From contig OZ244188.1 of assembly GCA_965216635.1 (NCBI GenBank), positions 2,304,001-2,368,000 on the forward strand: a stretch of 64,000 bases of DNA. The letters are read 5' to 3'. Position 1 is the stretch's first letter; the number at the start of each line of letters is the position of its first letter. The position numbers and the translations under genes were made by a program. Under the pieces are notes generated by a model, which had not been told where the DNA came from, searched no databases, and worked only from the letters and a program-made list of their open reading frames with translations. Shown one piece after another: positions 60,295 through 64,000 of the stretch. Origin of the DNA: a bacterium (GTDB lineage Bacteria > SAR324 > XYD2-FULL-50-16 > G965216635).

Positions 60295-61488
60295 ATGATT
60301 TTTGACCCTCTCAAAAAAGCTATAGCCGATATTAAGGCTGGTAAGATGATTATTTTGGTGGACGATGCCGATAGAGAAAACGAAGGAGATCTCTGTTGTT
60401 CGGCGGAAAAAATAACACCTGAGATTATCAATTTTATGGCAAAACATGGACGAGGATTGATTTGCTTATCTATCACCCCAGAAGTAAATACCAGACTTGG
60501 TCTATGGCCCATGACTGCTCAAAACACTTCTAATTATGGCACAAATTTTACTGTATCCATTGAGGCTTCTAAAGGAGTGACAACTGGAATATCCGCTGCC
60601 GACAGGTCTCATACCATTTTAACTGCGATTGATGAAAAGGCTACAGCTCAATCTATTACTATACCGGGTCATATTTTTCCTATTCTTTATAAAGAGGGTG
60701 GAGTTTTGCGGAGAGCTGGACAAACTGAAGGGTCTGTAGATATTGCTCACCTAGCAGGCTTAAAACCAGCTGGAGTGATTTGTGAAATTATGAACGAAGA
60801 TGGCACTATGGCGAGAAGAAATGATTTAAAAAAATTCGCTCAAACTCATAATTTAACTATGGTATCTATTGCTCAAATCATTGAAACTAGGCTGAAAAAA
60901 GAAATTTTACTAGAAAAAACAGAAACAGCAAACCTACCTACGGCATTCGGACAATTCAGATTGCACGGATTTCGCAATCTCACTAATAACGAAGAATATG
61001 TTGCCTTGACTATGGGAAGCTGGAACGAAGACGAGCCAGTATTGACGAGAGTCCATTCTCAATGTATCACAGGGGATGTTTTTCATTCTTTAAAGTGCGA
61101 CTGTGGTAATCAATTAGGACTTGCACTCAGTAAAATAGCCCAAGAAAAAAAAGGAGTTTTGCTTTACTTACCGCAAGAAGGAAGAGGTATTGGTATTTTT
61201 AATAAAATCCAAGCCTATCACTTGCAAGATATGGGGTTAGATACCGTAGAAGCAAATATTCGCTTAGGGTTTCAATCAGACCTTAGAGAATACGGATTTG
61301 GAGCTCAAGCCTTAGTTTTGTTAGGAGTGAAAAAGATGAAATTAATGACGAACAACCCTAAAAAAATTGTAGGTTTGGAAGGTTATGGGTTAGAGATTTT
61401 TGAAAGAGTTTCTTTAAAAGACAAAGAAAACCAATTTAATACAGAATACCTCAAAGCAAAGAAAAAACTTATGGGCCACTTAATTTAG
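60295..61488 (+). CDS. ribBA: Bifunctional DHBP synthase / GTP cyclohydrolase II
   Basis: [37 protein letters not shown]. Confidence 0.97.
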   Translation: MIFDPLKKAIADIKAGKMIILVDDADRENEGDLCCSAEKITPEIINFMAKHGRGLICLSITPEVNTRLGLWPMTAQNTSNYGTNFTVSIEASKGVTTGISAADRSHTILTAIDEKATAQSITIPGHIFPILYKEGGVLRRAGQTEGSVDIAHLAGLKPAGVICEIMNEDGTMARRNDLKKFAQTHNLTMVSIAQIIETRLKKEILLEKTETANLPTAFGQFRLHGFRNLTNNEEYVALTMGSWNEDEPVLTRVHSQCITGDVFHSLKCDCGNQLGLALSKIAQEKKGVLLYLPQEGRGIGIFNKIQAYHLQDMGLDTVEANIRLGFQSDLREYGFGAQALVLLGVKKMKLMTNNPKKIVGLEGYGLEIFERVSLKDKENQFNTEYLKAKKKLMGHLI

Positions 61489-61546
61489 CTTGCTAATTTA
61501 GCCTGCTGATTTAGCTTTTTGCTTATTACTATTTATTTCATAGGCT

Positions 61547-62635
61547 ATGACTAGTGAAGTAATTCAAACGATTGTAAAAACAGCTTTTGCAGAAAAATTA
61601 TTTACAAATATAGAAATTCTACTAGCAGCAAAAAATAAAATATTATTTCAGCAAGCCTATTCTAATTCTACAGAAAACCCTCCGAAAAAAAATTCCATCT
61701 ATGATTTAGCTTCACTCACTAAACCTCTGGCTACATCTTTGGCGGTAATGAAATTGATAGAAACGGGGAAGCTTTCTTTAAAAACTCCAGTCGCCGATTT
61801 TTTCGCAGAATATAAGGAAAAAGAAAAAAGTAAAGTTACTATTTGGCACTTGCTAACGCATACTTCGGGTATGTCTTCTGGGGCTGAAGATTTTTATTTA
61901 CCAGATTGGAATCAAAAGAAATATTTTAAAACGCTTCTAAATCTTCCTTTAGAAAGAGAGGTAGGTTTTTCTGTTGTCTATTCTTGTCTGGATTTCATCT
62001 TGCTTAGTCAGATTGTTTCCAAAGTGAGCGGACAATCTTTCAGAGAATTTTGTATAAAAAATTTCTATCTTCCTTGCAATTTAAAAGATACTCATTTTAG
62101 TCCCATTAAAACCAATCAAGATCAAAAAAATAAGAGACGGCTTATTCCCACCGCCTACGATGAATATACTCAAAAATATTTACTCGGCATAGTGCACGAT
62201 AAAAAAAGCAGACTTTTCGCAGATGGGAGTGGCAACGCAGGTTTGTTTTCTACTGCAGAAGAAATCTATCTACTCTGCCAAAACTTATTGAATAGCCAAA
62301 AAGACAATTCTCCTTTTTTATTGAAACCAGAAACTATCAACCAAATGTGGCAAAACCAAACCTTTGGTAAAAATACAAGTTGGGGTTTAGGTTGGGTCTA
62401 TTTTGATGGTAGTCTAGACTATTGCCATCTTCCTCCTTCAATAGATAATGGCACGGTTGGACATCTAGGTTTTACTGGAACTTCTTTTTTTATAGAACCT
62501 AAAAGAGAGGCTATCTATATTATTTTAAGCAATCGGCTACATCTAAGTTACGATGAAAATTTAGAACAAATGAAAAATTTTCGTCTCAAAATCCACTCCT
62601 TACTTTGTGAAATGCAAAGAGCCTCATCTTCATAA
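61547..62635 (+). CDS. Serine hydrolase, beta-lactamase/AmpC-like family
   Basis: YDLASLTK (SxxK), LLTHTSG, YSC, GHLGFTG. Confidence 0.9.
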   Translation: MTSEVIQTIVKTAFAEKLFTNIEILLAAKNKILFQQAYSNSTENPPKKNSIYDLASLTKPLATSLAVMKLIETGKLSLKTPVADFFAEYKEKEKSKVTIWHLLTHTSGMSSGAEDFYLPDWNQKKYFKTLLNLPLEREVGFSVVYSCLDFILLSQIVSKVSGQSFREFCIKNFYLPCNLKDTHFSPIKTNQDQKNKRRLIPTAYDEYTQKYLLGIVHDKKSRLFADGSGNAGLFSTAEEIYLLCQNLLNSQKDNSPFLLKPETINQMWQNQTFGKNTSWGLGWVYFDGSLDYCHLPPSIDNGTVGHLGFTGTSFFIEPKREAIYIILSNRLHLSYDENLEQMKNFRLKIHSLLCEMQRASSS

Positions 62636-62681
62636 AAACCTATAGTGATTTTTATAAAATTTTGATAGTTATAAAGTATGA

Positions 62682-62897
62682 ATGATAATATTAAGGAGAC
62701 AAATAGGTTTTTATAAATTGCTTTTGAGTTTTGCTCTTTTGGGTGTTTTTGGCTTGGCGAGTTGGATTTGGAGGCTTTTTATTGGGGATACTGAACTAGA
62801 GGTTAGTTTTTATTTTGTTTGCTTTATTGCAGGCATTCTGGTATTATTCGCTTTGGTCTTGGTGGGTGCTATTATTAAACTTATTAAAGAACTGTAA
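62682..62897 (+). CDS. Small two-TM membrane protein
   Basis: 71-aa hydrophobic ORF. Confidence 0.55.
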   Translation: MIILRRQIGFYKLLLSFALLGVFGLASWIWRLFIGDTELEVSFYFVCFIAGILVLFALVLVGAIIKLIKEL

Positions 62898-62899
62898 TT

Positions 62900-63076
62900 A
62901 TGGAATATGTAGTAGTATATACTCTTATGGTATCAATAACAGCTATGTTTGGCTGGTTTGCTTATTTAGCTCATACTAGTGTTAAAGAAGTAAGAGCAGA
63001 AAAAGCAGCAATAGCCCTTGTATTGAAGAAAAAAGCAAAAAAACAACGTCTTTCTAAAAAGAAAAGAGTCGTTTAG
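62900..63076 (+). CDS. Small single-TM protein with basic tail (58 aa; absent from the ORF track)
   Basis: MEYVVVYTLMVSITAMFGWFAYLAH...KKKRVV; starts 2 bp after the previous stop. Confidence 0.5.
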   Translation: MEYVVVYTLMVSITAMFGWFAYLAHTSVKEVRAEKAAIALVLKKKAKKQRLSKKKRVV

Positions 63077-63159
63077 TTAGTGATTTTTATAAAATTTTGA
63101 TAAACTAAAAAAATTGAGGTAAATCTAATTCAAACATACAGGCAACTAAAACTATAAAA

Positions 63160-63537
63160 GTGGCAAAAACAAATATTTCTTTTGGAAATATAATTATTTT
63201 TTTTTTTAATATAGTAACTACTGGGGCTTTAGCTGTTTGGGTTATAATATTTGCTGAAATAAAGGTACCAAAAGAGGATTATTTTTTTAATGCTTTCGCA
63301 TTAATATTTGGGGCATTAGCTTTGATTTTGACTACTTTTGCTATATTTATTGGTGTATTGGCTGTTTTTGGAGTTAGCACTATAAGATCTTGGGTGACTG
63401 AAATCACAGATAAAGAACTTAAAAGACGTAATCAAGAAGATTTAGAGAAAAGTAATCAAAAAAGTAGAGAGAGTTTTAAGCCAAAAAAAGAAGAAACTAA
63501 CAAATTTAAAAATCCAAAAGAATATGAAACCGAGTAA
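63160..63537 (+). CDS. Two-TM membrane protein; paralog of 35669-36073
   Basis: IFGALALILTTFAIFIGVLAVFG vs IFGGLALMITILALGIAILSFVG. Confidence 0.75.
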   Translation: MAKTNISFGNIIIFFFNIVTTGALAVWVIIFAEIKVPKEDYFFNAFALIFGALALILTTFAIFIGVLAVFGVSTIRSWVTEITDKELKRRNQEDLEKSNQKSRESFKPKKEETNKFKNPKEYETE

Positions 63538-64000
63538 TTATTTTAATGATAATATGGATATTATCAGAAAGCATCAGAAAAAACCACCTCTAGATTTGAA
63601 AGCCTTAGCTAAAGATCTAGGAATAGGACTGTTTACTACAGAAGAATGGAGCGATAATATTTCTGGTTCTATTCTTCAAAATGAAAAAAGTAAAAGCGGA
63701 TACTCCATCTATGTCAATGTCCATCACCATAAGAATAGACAAAGATTTACGATTGCTCACGAGATAGCTCATTTTATTCTACATAAGGATAAAATTGGAA
63801 ATGGGATACAAGACGATGTCTTATTTAGAAGCAATTTAACAAATCAATTAGAAAAAGAAGCCAATCTATTTGCTGCTGATTTACTTATGCCGTTGAATTT
63901 GATTGAAGAATCTTCTACTAGTGATATTGAAGAATTAGCCGAAAAATTTAAAGTTTCTCCACAAGCTATGGCAATCAAACTAGGCACATTAGGGGCTCCT
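63524..64000 (+). CDS. ImmA/IrrE family metallopeptidase, runs off the window end
   Basis: Hand translation from ATG 63524: SGYSIYVN...RQRFTIAHEIAH...EKEAN...LLMP; close paralog of 36070-36564. Confidence 0.9.
   Translation, partial: MKPSNYFNDNMDIIRKHQKKPPLDLKALAKDLGIGLFTTEEWSDNISGSILQNEKSKSGYSIYVNVHHHKNRQRFTIAHEIAHFILHKDKIGNGIQDDVLFRSNLTNQLEKEANLFAADLLMPLNLIEESSTSDIEELAEKFKVSPQAMAIKLGTLGAP

Noticed and set aside
2662..60512. Many 60-140-aa ORFs antisense to or out of frame within clear genes (e.g. 2662-2904, 5007-5294, 44005-44436, 57353-57631)
   Set aside because: Shadow ORFs of well-supported genes

Overview
AT-rich bacterial chromosome segment. It opens inside an unusual CRISPR locus (36-bp repeat GTCACCAATCTACAAAATTCGTCCTCTATACACAAC, 30-31-bp spacers, no cas genes in the window). 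Three near-identical, hairpin-rich 174-246-bp modules, each preceded by a repeat lacking the same last 6 nt, split the locus into sub-arrays. Isolated repeat-like remnants occur at 2725 and 12653. Housekeeping genes follow: rpmB, mfd, SurA/PpiC, aroK, gmk, truB, rpsO, pnp, tRNA-Arg(CCT), mnmA, tgt, His6-type hisA, malic enzyme, a GGDEF protein and mltA. Further on are a TolC/RND pair split by a DNA methyltransferase-GIY-YIG fusion, and an N-methylglutamate (methylamine) pathway cluster interleaved with unrelated genes. The window ends with a decaying toxin-antitoxin patch, dppABCDF and ribBA. It also holds two paralogous outer-membrane beta-barrel genes and two copies of a membrane protein + ImmA/IrrE peptidase pair. 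Intergenic DNA carries many copies of a modular palindromic MITE/ERIC/RPE-like family (TAGACYTTTGAATT...AATTCAAARGTCTA). All calls come from motif recognition by eye; no searches were run.
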